Positions 1 to 8,985 of a DNA stretch of 64,000 bases are shown one piece after another. Numbering within the stretch: the first letter of the stretch is position 1; each line of letters opens with the position of its first letter. The translations under genes and the position numbers were made by a program. The stretch is taken from contig URNW01000002.1 of NCBI GenBank assembly GCA_900549285.1, positions 15,450 to 79,449 on the forward strand, in the 5' to 3' direction. Source of the DNA: an uncultured Mycoplasmatota bacterium (lineage in GTDB: Bacteria > Bacillota_I > Bacilli_A > RF39 > UBA660). The notes under the pieces were generated by a model. The model saw only the letters and a program-made list of their open reading frames with translations, ran no database searches and had not been told where the DNA came from.

Positions 1-597
1 GATTGCTTTTAGTAAATCTTTAGGATCACGATAATTTTCAATAGAAATCCCTTTGTTTCGCATTAAATCTATAAACTCATAGATTGGAGGTTTATCTAAA
101 TTAGCCATTAGTTGATCATAATTTTCTTTAGAAATAGTGTTAATAACTTTATATTTATCCACAATAATTAGTTCTTCTGCTACACTCCAAATTGTTTTTA
201 TGTCATTTGTAAAAATAATAATTGTTTTATTATATTCACTTGTTAATTTTTTCCATAGTCTTTTAAAATATTCTAGTTCTTTTTGAGTTAGCTCCTTTTC
301 AAAATAATCAAATACTAAATATTCCTTATTTTCTATTAAAGCTTTAGCTAAAGATATTCTTTTTAGTTCCCCTACTGAGCATTCACTTGATTCTTTTGTT
401 AAAATACTATCATTTAACAATACCATTTTTAGTGATGAACTTGCTTTAGGGCTATCTAAATATTTTTCTGTTGTTCCTTTAAATTTGTAATCTCTTACAA
501 TACTTATATTATTATTATAAGTCGTGATATTGATATTTCCCATTAAACCATATATTCTTTTTATAGGTTTATTTTCAAAAATTGTGATTATTTCCAT
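1..597 (-). CDS. ABC-type ATPase-like protein, degenerate (C-terminus lies beyond window edge)
   Basis: The minus-strand frame is open to position 1. The ATG at 597..595 overlaps the stop of the upstream ORF (ATGGAAATAA). It has an ABC signature-like CSVGELKRISLAKAL and a Walker-B-like YLVFDYFE but no Walker A GxxGxGK[ST]. Confidence 0.45.
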   Translation of the reverse strand, partial: MEIITIFENKPIKRIYGLMGNINITTYNNNISIVRDYKFKGTTEKYLDSPKASSSLKMVLLNDSILTKESSECSVGELKRISLAKALIENKEYLVFDYFEKELTQKELEYFKRLWKKLTSEYNKTIIIFTNDIKTIWSVAEELIIVDKYKVINTISKENYDQLMANLDKPPIYEFIDLMRNKGISIENYRDPKDLLKAI

Positions 598-1190
598 AAA
601 TCTTCCACCAATTCTAAACTATCAAAATATGTTTTATCTACTAATTGATAATATTTTAAACTATTGGATAATTCTACTATAAATGGTAAGTTAAATCCTA
701 GTTTTTTTAATATTTTTTCTTCTTGTAACACAAGCTTACTCTTTCCTTCCATAATTACTTTTTCCTCATGAATCACTATTAAATAATCTAACCATAATGT
801 TTCTTCTATTTCCATGGTATAATTTATGATTCTTTTTTGATGTTCTTTTAGATATTTCATTACTTTTTCTTTGAAGTCTTTATTTAGATAAGTTAAAACA
901 TTGAAAAAAACAAATATTTGACTATTCATACTGATGGCAGATAAAATCTTTAATTTTAAATTATCAAATTCAGTTAAATCTTTTTTATTTTTTAGTTCTT
1001 CTTCTTTAAAGTAAGTATAGATATCATCAGAAATCTCTTCTAAATTATTAGATCTTTCTTTGGTTATAACAGCACAATTATTATTAATAAAATAAATGAT
1101 GTCTTGTGTATAATTGTAAGAATATGTATATAAAATAGTTGTATCTATATCATAAATTGTTTTGTTATTAAACTTAAATAATATATTCAT
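588..1190 (-). CDS. hypothetical protein, distant ECF/ABC ATPase-like C-terminal region, no nucleotide-binding motifs
   Basis: 200-aa ORF. The C-terminal half (VIHEEKVIMEGKSKLVL...LGFNLPFIVELSNSL) resembles the end of EcfA-type ATPases. Walker A, Walker B and the signature motif are absent. Confidence 0.35.
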   Translation of the reverse strand: MNILFKFNNKTIYDIDTTILYTYSYNYTQDIIYFINNNCAVITKERSNNLEEISDDIYTYFKEEELKNKKDLTEFDNLKLKILSAISMNSQIFVFFNVLTYLNKDFKEKVMKYLKEHQKRIINYTMEIEETLWLDYLIVIHEEKVIMEGKSKLVLQEEKILKKLGFNLPFIVELSNSLKYYQLVDKTYFDSLELVEDLWK

Positions 1191-1304
1191 AGTAACTTCA
1201 CCGCCTATATCATAACAGAATTTATTTCTTTTTTAAAGAGAAAATGTTGGATTGATAAATTTATATAAAATAAAAATGTTGATAAATTATATCTTACCAA
1301 CATT

Positions 1305-1517
1305 TTAGTTTTCTTCTTTATTTAATCCATACTTACGATTAAATTTTTCAATATTTCCAGTTTTCTTTACTTTTCCTTGAGCTCCTGTATAGAATGGATG
1401 ACATTCACTACAAATTTCAACTTGGATATTTTCCTTTGTTGAATGTGTTTTAAATGTTGCTCCACACGCACAAGTGATTGTTGCTTCTTTTGTTTCTGGA
1501 TGTATTCCTTTTTTCAT
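1305..1517 (-). CDS. rpmE: 50S ribosomal protein L31
   Basis: MKKGIHPE...[10 protein letters not shown] is the L31 hallmark. The start is moved to the ATG at 1517, which follows GGGAGG; the longer track ORF adds MAGGKK upstream. Confidence 0.95.
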   Translation of the reverse strand: MKKGIHPETKEATITCACGATFKTHSTKENIQVEICSECHPFYTGAQGKVKKTGNIEKFNRKYGLNKEEN

Positions 1518-1596
1518 TTTTTTACCTCCCGCCATATCAAAATTTTTGACATAGTAAATTCGTTTGTCTTTAGTATTATATCATATTTTTATAACT

Positions 1597-2268
1597 TTAC
1601 AATAGTTTTTTTATTTCTTCATATATTCTTTGATGTCCCATATAATTAATATAAAAGCTGTCTTTGTTTAAATAATACTCTTCCTTCATTAATATTTTGT
1701 TAATATCCACAAACAAAAAATCATTCGTTAATACTATATCTCTAATACTTGCATTTAGTTTTTCTATCGTTAGTAAATCATTTTTACCCCATGAATATAA
1801 ACTTATAATAATTACTTTATTTTGATTTAACATTTTTATTATACTTAATAATTCTTCTAAATCGTGTAAATACTCATTTTTTATTTGACTTGTAATTTTG
1901 GTATTCGCAAGTTCATCCATACCTATAGCAATCGTTAGAATGTCTGCTTGATTTATAGCTTGTTTTATTTCTATTTTTTTATTCTTAATCGTTATTGCTT
2001 TATTTTCTTTAATTTCATATATAAGTTCTTTTATTGTTTTTCCTTTATCTGCAAATTCATGAATATATGATTTTAATTCATGTTTATTTAAGTAATCTTC
2101 TTTTAAATAGTCATTATAACTATATCCTTCTATATTATATGGTGTCATTCCTAAAGATAAGCCATCTCCTAAAGCTACGAGTGTTATTTCATTCTTTTGA
2201 GTAAAAAAATAGATAATAACAGATAAAATGGTGCCTATTAGTACAAGCGCTATTATCTTCTTCTTCAT
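1597..2268 (-). CDS. SGNH/GDSL-like hydrolase with N-terminal membrane anchor
   Basis: N-terminal hydrophobic helix, a GDGLS block near the N-terminus and a C-terminal block ending in GH (YINYMGHQRIY), as in GDSL-family lipase/acylhydrolases. Confidence 0.6.
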   Translation of the reverse strand: MKKKIIALVLIGTILSVIIYFFTQKNEITLVALGDGLSLGMTPYNIEGYSYNDYLKEDYLNKHELKSYIHEFADKGKTIKELIYEIKENKAITIKNKKIEIKQAINQADILTIAIGMDELANTKITSQIKNEYLHDLEELLSIIKMLNQNKVIIISLYSWGKNDLLTIEKLNASIRDIVLTNDFLFVDINKILMKEEYYLNKDSFYINYMGHQRIYEEIKKLL

Positions 2269-2301
2269 TACATCACCTCAAAAAAAATATAGTACATTAT
2301 A

Positions 2302-3555
2302 CTATATTTCCTTAATTTCAATTTTAGCACCAACACTTGTTAGTTTTTTATCTATGTTTTCATATCCTCTTAAAATATGCTCTACATCATTAATTGTTGT
2401 TGTTCCTTCTGCTGTTAAACCTGCTAAAACTAAAGCTGCTCCTCCTCTTAAATCTGTTGCTATTACCTCACAGCCATGTAATTTGCTAGGTCCAATAATC
2501 ATGGAACTGCACCCTTTTACGGTAATATTGGCTCCCATTTTATTTAATGATGGAACATGACCCATTCTATTTTCCCAAATTGTTTCTTCAAAAAGAGATG
2601 TTCCATTTGTTTGAGTTAATAAAACACTCATAGGTTGACCTATATCCGTTGGGAACCCAGGATATACTAGTGTTTTTATATTAATTGGCTTTAATTCTTT
2701 TACTTTGCTTATCGTTATACTATCTTTATTGATGGTAATATCTGATCCCATTTCTTTCAGTTTTGTTGTTAATGCTTCTAGATGCTTCGGAATAATATTT
2801 TTTATACATAAATTTTTTCCTACTAATGCTCCTAAAATAATATATGTTCCTGCTTCAATACGATCAGGTAATACTGTTATTTTTCCACCTTTTAATTCTT
2901 TTACTCCATAAATGGTAATTTCTTCTGTACCAGATCCTTCTATTTTAGCTCCCATACTAATTAAATAATCCGCGATATTTTCTATTTCAGCTTCCTTGGC
3001 AGCATTATGAATCACAGTCTTTCCTTCTGCTAAAACACTAGCTAGCATTAAATTAATGGTTGCTCCTACACTTTGAAAACGCAAATAAATATCTGTTCCT
3101 ACTAATTTATCTGCTTTTAATATATATTTATTTTTCTCAATCGTTACTTGGGCTCCTAAAGCTTTAAACCCATCTAAATGAATATCAATTGGTCTTGCTC
3201 CTATATTACATCCACCTGGAATATACATTTCTACATATTTATCTCTTCCTAATAAAGCTCCCATAAAATAATAAGATGCTCTTAATTTTTTGGAATGTTC
3301 TTCATCTATTAAATTATTCTTTAAATTAGTTGTATCAATTGTTAATTGATCCTTTTTTAAAGTTACATTGCAATTTAATATTTCTAAAATATCAATTAAA
3401 GCATCTCGATCAGATATATTAGGAACATTGTCAATTATCGACACTCCATTTGCCAAAATAGAAGCTGGCAATAATGCTACTGCACTATTTTTTGCTCCTC
3501 CTATTTTAATATTTCCACTTAATATATGATTTCCTTCAATTATCATTTGTTTCAT
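2302..3555 (-). CDS. murA: UDP-N-acetylglucosamine 1-carboxyvinyltransferase
   Basis: 417 aa with IGGAKNSAVALLPASILA at the N-terminus and the active-site Cys context PGGCNIGARPID. Confidence 0.95.
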   Translation of the reverse strand: MKQMIIEGNHILSGNIKIGGAKNSAVALLPASILANGVSIIDNVPNISDRDALIDILEILNCNVTLKKDQLTIDTTNLKNNLIDEEHSKKLRASYYFMGALLGRDKYVEMYIPGGCNIGARPIDIHLDGFKALGAQVTIEKNKYILKADKLVGTDIYLRFQSVGATINLMLASVLAEGKTVIHNAAKEAEIENIADYLISMGAKIEGSGTEEITIYGVKELKGGKITVLPDRIEAGTYIILGALVGKNLCIKNIIPKHLEALTTKLKEMGSDITINKDSITISKVKELKPINIKTLVYPGFPTDIGQPMSVLLTQTNGTSLFEETIWENRMGHVPSLNKMGANITVKGCSSMIIGPSKLHGCEVIATDLRGGAALVLAGLTAEGTTTINDVEHILRGYENIDKKLTSVGAKIEIKEI

Positions 3556-3769
3556 TTTAACACACCCTTACTTTAAGATTTGTAATATAAATAGGCTATT
3601 ATACTATTTTTTATGTTTAATATTTTTTTTGGTGCATATTAAAAAGACTTTAATAAATTACCACTATTAATATATCGATTAATTTAGGCTTTGTCAAATA
3701 TTTTTAATTTTTTTATGTCTAATTTGAATAAATCTAAGGACTTTTATCTTAATTATATTAGGTGAGTTT

Positions 3770-4273
3770 ATGAAAAAAATGATTATTATTTTATTTTTTA
3801 TTAGTTGTTTATGTTTATTCTTTAAAGAGGATGATGAGATTATAATTCCTGATCAAGCAATTCGTTTTCGTGTTATTGCTAATAGTAATTCTCTAGAAGA
3901 TCAAACAAAGAAAATGATTGTTAAAGAGCAAGTAGAAAAGGAAATTTATAAATTAATTCAAGGTGCTCAAAATATTGGGGAAGTACGATCTCTTTTAAAA
4001 GATAATATGAGTGTTATTGAACAAATTGTAGACGAATATCAAGTTGCTTATCAAATTAATTATGGAGATAACTTTTTTCCTACAAAAAGTTATAAGGGTG
4101 TTCTTTATCAGGCAGGAAATTATGAATCTCTTGTTATTACTTTAGGCGAAGGTGCTGGTAAAAACTTTTGGTGTGTTTTATTTCCTCCTCTTTGTCTATT
4201 AGAAAATAGTGAAGAAGATATCAGTGATGTAGATTATCAGATATATGTTAAAAAATTAATTCAAGGGTTCTAA
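3770..4273 (+). CDS. spoIIR: stage II sporulation protein R
   Basis: Signal/anchor N-terminus, IRFRVIANSNSLEDQ and FWCVLFPPLC motifs typical of SpoIIR. Confidence 0.85.
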   Translation: MKKMIIILFFISCLCLFFKEDDEIIIPDQAIRFRVIANSNSLEDQTKKMIVKEQVEKEIYKLIQGAQNIGEVRSLLKDNMSVIEQIVDEYQVAYQINYGDNFFPTKSYKGVLYQAGNYESLVITLGEGAGKNFWCVLFPPLCLLENSEEDISDVDYQIYVKKLIQGF

Positions 4274-4315
4274 AAGCAAGATCTTTTAATAATATTTGTT
4301 AGGAGGTCTTTTTGA

Positions 4316-4849
4316 TTGAAAGAGTTTTTTAGTCTTCTTCTAATTGGGCTTGCTCTTTCTATGGACACTTTTTCCTTATCACTGGGAATTGGAATGTTTC
4401 ATGTGTCTAATAGAAAAGCTTGTAAATTAGCTTTTATTGTTGGAATTATGCATTTTATTATGCCTTTTTTAGGTATGATACTTGGGGAACAGTTGATACA
4501 AATATTTGAGATCAAATATGATATTTTATTAGGTTTTATTTTAATCATTATTGCAATACAAATGATTATTGATGTTATTCGTCATGAAGAAGAACAATTT
4601 AATTTATCACTTTTAGGAATGTTTGTTTTTGCATTAGGAGTTAGTTTAGATAGCTTTTCTTTAGGGATTGGATTAAAAGCGATCACTTCTAATATTTATA
4701 TAGCTATGTTTATATTTGCTATTTGTAGTGCTTCTTTTACTTATTTTGGTATTATAATTGGTAGATTTACTAATAAATTACTTGGGGTATATGCTAATAT
4801 TATAGGAGCTATTATTTTATTTATTTTAGGGTTTATTCATTTAATATAA
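4316..4849 (+). CDS. mntP: manganese efflux pump MntP
   Basis: Polytopic membrane protein with the duplicated MntP motif (LSMDTFSLSLGIG and SLDSFSLGIG). TTG start after AGGAGG. Confidence 0.85.
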   Translation: MKEFFSLLLIGLALSMDTFSLSLGIGMFHVSNRKACKLAFIVGIMHFIMPFLGMILGEQLIQIFEIKYDILLGFILIIIAIQMIIDVIRHEEEQFNLSLLGMFVFALGVSLDSFSLGIGLKAITSNIYIAMFIFAICSASFTYFGIIIGRFTNKLLGVYANIIGAIILFILGFIHLI

Positions 4850-4879
4850 CCTCACTTTTAAGGTGAGGTTATTTAGTTT

Positions 4880-6409
4880 TTAATTTATATTTTCTATTCT
4901 ATTAAATAGAATTTCAGGTTTATTTAATTTTAATTGTTCTTCTAACATTCCAAATTCACTGATACTTTCATAACTTGTATTTTTAGTATTTAATTGGTCT
5001 AATATTTTTTTGGAAGTACTTGGTATAAAAGGACTTAATAGAATTGCACAAATACGAATTGATTCTAAAAGATTATATAAAACAGTTGCTAATCTTTCTT
5101 TTTTATTTTCATCTTTAGCAAGAACCCATGGAGTTGTTTCATCAATGTATTTATTACATTTTCTTAAAACATCTATAATCTCTTCAATTGCTTCATTTAC
5201 CTTTAATTCATTCATTTTTTGCTCGACTATATCTTTTAAATTGGTTGTACTTGCTATTAAATTATAATCTATTTGTTCATTTATTTTAGGATTGCTTGTG
5301 ATTCCATCAAAATATTTATGAGTCATAGATATCGTTCTATTTACAAGATTTCCTAAAGTATTAGCTAAATCACTATTTGTTCTAGAAATTAAAGATTCTA
5401 TAGAGAAATTTCCATCATTTCCAAATGATACTTCTCTTAAAGCATAATATCTTACGGCATCTACTCCATAACTATTAATATATTCCCTTGGGTCTTTATA
5501 ATTTCCTAAACTCTTAGAAATTTTATCTCCACCTATTTTTAACCAACCATGGCCAAATACCTTTTTAGGAAGAGGAAGATTTAGTGCCATTAATAGACAT
5601 GGCCATATAATGGTATGAAATCTAATTATTTCTTTTCCTACTAAATGTAAATCCGCTGGCCAATATCGATTCATCTTTTCTTCTTCTTCAGGATATCCTA
5701 AGGTTGTAATATAGTTTGTTAGAGCATCTATCCATACATATATGACATGTTTAGGATCAAAATCTACTGGTATTCCCCATGTAAAACTAGTTCTTGAAAC
5801 ACATAAGTCTTCAAGTCCTGGATTAATAAAATTATTTAACATTTCATTCTTACGGGAAATTGGTTGGATAAAATCAGGATTTTCTTCATAAAATTTCACT
5901 AATTGATCTTGATATTTAGATAATTTAAAAAAATAAGCTTCTTCACTAACTAATTTTACCTCTCGTCCACAATCTGGGCATTTTCCATCTACTAATTGAG
6001 ATTCTGTCCAAAAAGATTCACAAGGAATACAATATAATCCTTCATAAGTTCCTTTATATATATCTCCTTGATCATATAGTTTTTTAAATATTTTTTGTAC
6101 TCTTCTTTCATGATCTTCATCCGTTGTTCTCATAAAATAATCATAAGAAATATCAAGTGATTTCCATAAATCTTTGGCATCTTCAATTATTTTATCTACA
6201 TATTCTTTTGGAGTTACTCCTGCTTCTTTCGCCTTTTTTTCAATTTTTTCGCCATGTTCATCTGTACCTGTTTGATAATAAACATCATAACCAGTTAATC
6301 TCTTATATCTAGCAATAGCATCTGCAATAATTGTTGTATAACAATGACCAATATGAAAATTCGCACTTGGATAATAAATAGGAGTTGTAATATAAAATTT
6401 TTCTTTCAT
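4880..6409 (-). CDS. metG: methionine--tRNA ligase (short form without C-terminal tRNA-binding domain)
   Basis: HIGH-type HIGHCYT, KMSKS-type KISKS and zinc knuckles CIPCE/CPDCG; 509 aa. Confidence 0.95.
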   Translation of the reverse strand: MKEKFYITTPIYYPSANFHIGHCYTTIIADAIARYKRLTGYDVYYQTGTDEHGEKIEKKAKEAGVTPKEYVDKIIEDAKDLWKSLDISYDYFMRTTDEDHERRVQKIFKKLYDQGDIYKGTYEGLYCIPCESFWTESQLVDGKCPDCGREVKLVSEEAYFFKLSKYQDQLVKFYEENPDFIQPISRKNEMLNNFINPGLEDLCVSRTSFTWGIPVDFDPKHVIYVWIDALTNYITTLGYPEEEEKMNRYWPADLHLVGKEIIRFHTIIWPCLLMALNLPLPKKVFGHGWLKIGGDKISKSLGNYKDPREYINSYGVDAVRYYALREVSFGNDGNFSIESLISRTNSDLANTLGNLVNRTISMTHKYFDGITSNPKINEQIDYNLIASTTNLKDIVEQKMNELKVNEAIEEIIDVLRKCNKYIDETTPWVLAKDENKKERLATVLYNLLESIRICAILLSPFIPSTSKKILDQLNTKNTSYESISEFGMLEEQLKLNKPEILFNRIENIN

Positions 6410-6424
6410 CTTTTTTCCTTCTTT

Positions 6425-7039
6425 CTATAAAATACTTTTTAATTCATATACATTTTTGATTGTTGGTATATCTTTTTCTTCTTTTTCAGTAATTAGATAA
6501 ACAGACATTCCTAGCTTTTTAGCAGGTAATATATCTATTAAATAATTATCACCAACCATTAAACATTCTTCTGGGAGATGGTCTCCCATGGCTTTTTTAA
6601 AAGCTTTAAAATTTGGTTTCATAGCTGTTTCACCACTTATTATTTCTTTAAAAAAGTTAGCTATTTTGGCTTTTTTTAGACGATTATATTGAGAAATATA
6701 AAACCAATTCGTTAGTATTACTAATTCATATTTTTTTTGTAAATAAGAAAGTGTTGATATTAATTTTTCGTCTACTTCACTCATGTTTCCTAAGTGTTTT
6801 AACCAGTGCTTTATGATAGAATTATCTACATTTTTTTTATATATTTGATTAAAATACTTTGTCATATTTTCTATACTTAATTGAGTTAAATTTTCTTGAT
6901 ATCCTTTTTTTAATTTAGAAAGTGTTTGATCTTCTAAAGTAATATGACACTCTTTTAAAGCTTTTCTAGCTGCTTCATCATATTCCTCTTTCCATGCAAT
7001 TAAAGTATTATCTAAGTCAAATATTATTCTTTTTAACAT
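6425..7039 (-). CDS. HAD-superfamily hydrolase
   Basis: FDLDNTL motif I and a GDN motif near the C-terminus. The start is moved to MLKRIIFDLDNT (7039) behind AAGGAGG, because the track's longer ORF runs into the T-box terminator. Confidence 0.75.
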   Translation of the reverse strand: MLKRIIFDLDNTLIAWKEEYDEAARKALKECHITLEDQTLSKLKKGYQENLTQLSIENMTKYFNQIYKKNVDNSIIKHWLKHLGNMSEVDEKLISTLSYLQKKYELVILTNWFYISQYNRLKKAKIANFFKEIISGETAMKPNFKAFKKAMGDHLPEECLMVGDNYLIDILPAKKLGMSVYLITEKEEKDIPTIKNVYELKSIL

Positions 7040-7059
7040 GCTAACCTCCTTTAAAACAA

Positions 7060-7265
7060 ATAAAAAACCATAAACTAAGGACGAGAAAACCCGCGGTACC
7101 ACCTTAATTCATGATTTTATTTCATGCTACTTTCTCTTTTAACGGTTGAGTTTCCGATTAAACTCCAGAGTCATCTTCCATACTATTTTATACTTATTTC
7201 CATCAACCATAAGCTTTCTATAATGAAAATAATATGTACTCATTCCTTCAACATTTAAGTGATTT
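7060..7265 (-). promoter_or_regulatory. T-box leader (probable Met specifier) controlling HAD-metG operon
   Basis: The minus strand reads AATTAAGGTGGTACCGCGGG (T-box core at 7091..7103) followed by a U-run (7062..7067). There is a stem-I-like GAATGAGTA. A candidate specifier AUG lies in GGAAGAUGAC (7172..7174). Confidence 0.75.
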
Positions 7266-7266
7266 C

Positions 7267-7296
7267 ATTATATTATATGCATCACTCTTATGTCAA
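7267..7296 (-). promoter_or_regulatory. sigma-A-like promoter for the T-box/HAD/metG transcript
   Basis: TTGACA (7296..7291) and TATAAT (7272..7267) with an 18-nt spacer on the minus strand. Confidence 0.5.
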
Positions 7297-7301
7297 GAAC
7301 T

Positions 7302-7817
7302 TTATATATCTAATTTGTGAGAAAAAATACTTGCTATTAATTTTCCTATTACTGGTTCTTCTTTTAAATTTGATTCACTATATAAAATGATTAGACCAAT
7401 ACTGTCATTTAAAGAAATAATTGGTACAAAGACAAAATTGCCTTCTAGTGTATATTCTCCTACTTTAAATGATATGTTTTCTTTTATTTTTATTTCTCTT
7501 TCTTCTATCATTTCTAAGTATTCATCAGAAATTTTATTTCCTATGATATTGATATTTAAACCTGCACTTGCTATTACTTTTTCACGGTCTGTTATTATTA
7601 TTTTATAATTAAAAGTATTATAAATAATTTCACATAAATTATTTGCCAAATCACTATTTGAAGTCATTCGACAATATTTTTTTAAGATGATATTATCACT
7701 TTCTGTAAATATCTCCATATTTTCGCCATCACGTATTCCTAAATTTCTTCTTATTTCTTTAGGTATTACGATTCTTCCTAACTCATCAATTCTTCTTACT
7801 ACCCCAGTAGATTTCAA
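7302..7817 (-). CDS. spoVT: stage V sporulation protein T (AbrB-family regulator)
   Basis: N-terminal SpoVT/AbrB swapped-hairpin motif GVVRRIDELGRIVIPKEIRR plus a ~120-aa GAF-like C-terminal domain. Sits next to mfd as in Bacillus. Confidence 0.85.
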   Translation of the reverse strand: MKSTGVVRRIDELGRIVIPKEIRRNLGIRDGENMEIFTESDNIILKKYCRMTSNSDLANNLCEIIYNTFNYKIIITDREKVIASAGLNINIIGNKISDEYLEMIEEREIKIKENISFKVGEYTLEGNFVFVPIISLNDSIGLIILYSESNLKEEPVIGKLIASIFSHKLDI

Positions 7818-7873
7818 ATTTTACAACTCCAATCTAATATTAATATTGGCTAGTTTAAAAAAATTATGCATTT

Positions 7874-7895
7874 GAAAAAGCTACTTTTTGGTAGC
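7874..7895 (-). terminator. intrinsic terminator upstream of spoVT
   Basis: The minus strand reads GCTACcaaaaaGTAGC followed by TTTTTC. Confidence 0.45.
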
Positions 7896-8082
7896 ATATC
7901 TTTTTCATTCTTTAATAACTTCTCTTAATATTTGGATTTTTTTAAAGTTATATGTATTAAATCGTCTATTATGTTTATAAGTATATGATTCTTAACTTAA
8001 ACTGAGTTTCTTGTTCTTTTCGTACTCATGATTATATCATTATTTAAATAGGAAAATATATTGCTAATCTTCATAATAAAAA

Positions 8083-8111
8083 TTGAAATTATTTATTATT
8101 TCATGTAAAAT
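8083..8111 (+). promoter_or_regulatory. sigma-A-like promoter of template cassette 1
   Basis: TTGAAA (8083..8088), a 17-nt spacer, then TAAAAT (8106..8111). The predicted start falls at the left inverted repeat (about 8118). Confidence 0.5.
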
Positions 8112-8117
8112 AAATTT

Positions 8118-8402
8118 AGGCTAATCTATTATTATAGGTATGTCTCCGTATAACTTCAACAACGGTAATGCTAACGTGTTCTATGTGAATTCGACTGGCA
8201 ACCTCAACAACAACAACGTGAATTGGACTGAACCAGGTGTGCGCCCAATATCCTTTTAAACTTACTATTTGGCTAAGGCTAAATAAAAAAGCATTAGGAT
8301 ACAAGATTAGCCATTGGGAAACCTAAATATTTGATATTGATATTTTAAATCTTGTATTTAGAATTAGAACAATATCTTTGAGAGAGAATTCTCTCTTTTT
8401 CT
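8118..8402 (+). ncRNA. DGR template-repeat-like non-coding cassette 1 (IR-L, TR1, conserved 3' structured element, terminator)
   Basis: Components in order: IR-L GGCTAATCT (8119..8127); TR1 (8140..8247); a conserved ~75-nt 3' block containing TGGCTAA (8270..8276) and AGATTAGCC (8304..8312); and the terminator AGAGAGAATTCTCTCT plus T-run (8381..8402). A paralogous unit lies at 8986..9279. Confidence 0.6.
8140..8247 (+). repeat. template-repeat-like copy TR1 (AAC/AAT-rich)
   Basis: 108 nt running ATGTCTCCGTATAAC...AACAACAACAAC...GGTGTGCGCCCA. Its ends are identical to the variable segment at 11746..11850. Differences from that segment fall mainly on TR1 adenines. Confidence 0.7.
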
Positions 8403-8525
8403 TTACATTGATTTTAAGAGATATTGGCTATTTACTTAAAACTTGGAGTTATATTCATTTTATTATATTTACTTGTAGTTATGGAGTTACAAATCTAAAG
8501 TATACACGTAAATTTTATATTATCT

Positions 8526-8551
8526 TTCAAAAAGGTCATCCACTGGATGAC
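8526..8551 (-). terminator. orphan intrinsic terminator-like hairpin
   Basis: The minus strand reads GTCATCCagtGGATGAC followed by CTTTTTG. No intact minus-strand gene lies upstream of it. Confidence 0.35.
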
Positions 8552-8613
8552 TAATTGATAAACCAGATAAAATAAATATTATCGCTTTAAACAGGTCAAC
8601 GATAACTACAGAT

Positions 8614-8945
8614 ATGAAAAATCCAATTATTATTCCTGTTAGTCATGAAATAATAAATGAACATGATTTAGAACTAAATATTCTTGCTAATCGTGATTTC
8701 TTCTTTTACTTATGTCAGTCATCAATATAAACTAGTAAAAGATAATCATAATTATTTTGTTGATATTTTACTATTTAATATTGAACTAAATTGTTATGTT
8801 GTAGTTGAATTAAAACTAAGAATTTTAAAGAAGCCCTTTTATAATTAAACAATTGGTATTATTATTTCTAAAGAAAGTGATCAGTTAATAGTTAATTTTG
8901 TCCGAAATGATATGATTATTCCATTAGATTATAAACTGATTAAAT
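8614..8945 (+). pseudogene. decayed DUF1016/YhcG-like PDDEXK nuclease fragment
   Basis: Translated pieces in shifting frames include EHDLELNILANRDFFFYL, HNYFVDILLFNIELNCYVVVELKLRILKK and IGIIISKESDQLIVNFVRNDMIIPLDYKL. These match the C-terminal half of YhcG-type nucleases. Stops and frameshifts are present and the N-terminal half is missing. Confidence 0.55.
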
Positions 8946-8950
8946 CTTTG

Positions 8951-8979
8951 TTGTAATTTTTTTATTATCATCTTATAAT
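8951..8979 (+). promoter_or_regulatory. sigma-A-like promoter of template cassette 2
   Basis: TTGTAA (8951..8956), a 17-nt spacer, then TATAAT (8974..8979). The predicted start falls at the left inverted repeat (about 8986). Confidence 0.55.
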
Positions 8980-8985
8980 AAGATT

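Noticed and set aside
2228-2560. Numerous 60-110-aa ORFs antisense to long genes (e.g. 2228..2560, 5010..5267, 20961..21218, 24837..25133, 25473..25721, 30349..30615, 53150..53458, 62305..62541)
   Set aside because: Each lies wholly inside a well-supported gene on the opposite strand. Each has low-complexity, hydrophobic or Ser/Phe-rich composition, typical of antisense frames in AT-rich DNA.
4274-4315. Expected yybP-ykoY manganese riboswitch upstream of mntP
   Set aside because: Only about 40 nt separate spoIIR from the mntP start. This is too short for the riboswitch, and no conserved motif was seen.
7040-7102. N-terminal extensions in track ORFs (6425..7102; also 21735..21761 of tadA, 50350..50421, 53539..53589 and 56220..56321)
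   Set aside because: The extensions overlap a T-box terminator, the SRP RNA or promoter regions and lack an RBS. Internal ATGs with good Shine-Dalgarno sequences and homolog-like N-termini were preferred.
8140-8259. Sense-strand 39-codon mini-ORFs starting at the ATG of each template copy (also 9010..9129), e.g. MSPYNFNNGNANVFYVNSTGNLNNNNVNWTEPGVRPISF
   Set aside because: The ATG is inherited from the Met codon of the target gene (W-P-M-S-P). No convincing Shine-Dalgarno precedes either copy. Conservation continues well past the stop codon, in a pattern with paired compensatory changes, so an RNA function fits better than a peptide.
8116-8304. 62-aa minus-strand ORF (MYPNAFLFSLSQ...) and its twin at 8968..9174, as listed in the ORF track
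   Set aside because: Both are antisense to the AAC-rich template copies. The complement (GTT-rich) has no stop codons, neither has an RBS, and their similarity simply mirrors the plus-strand repeat. They are treated as artefacts of the TR cassettes.
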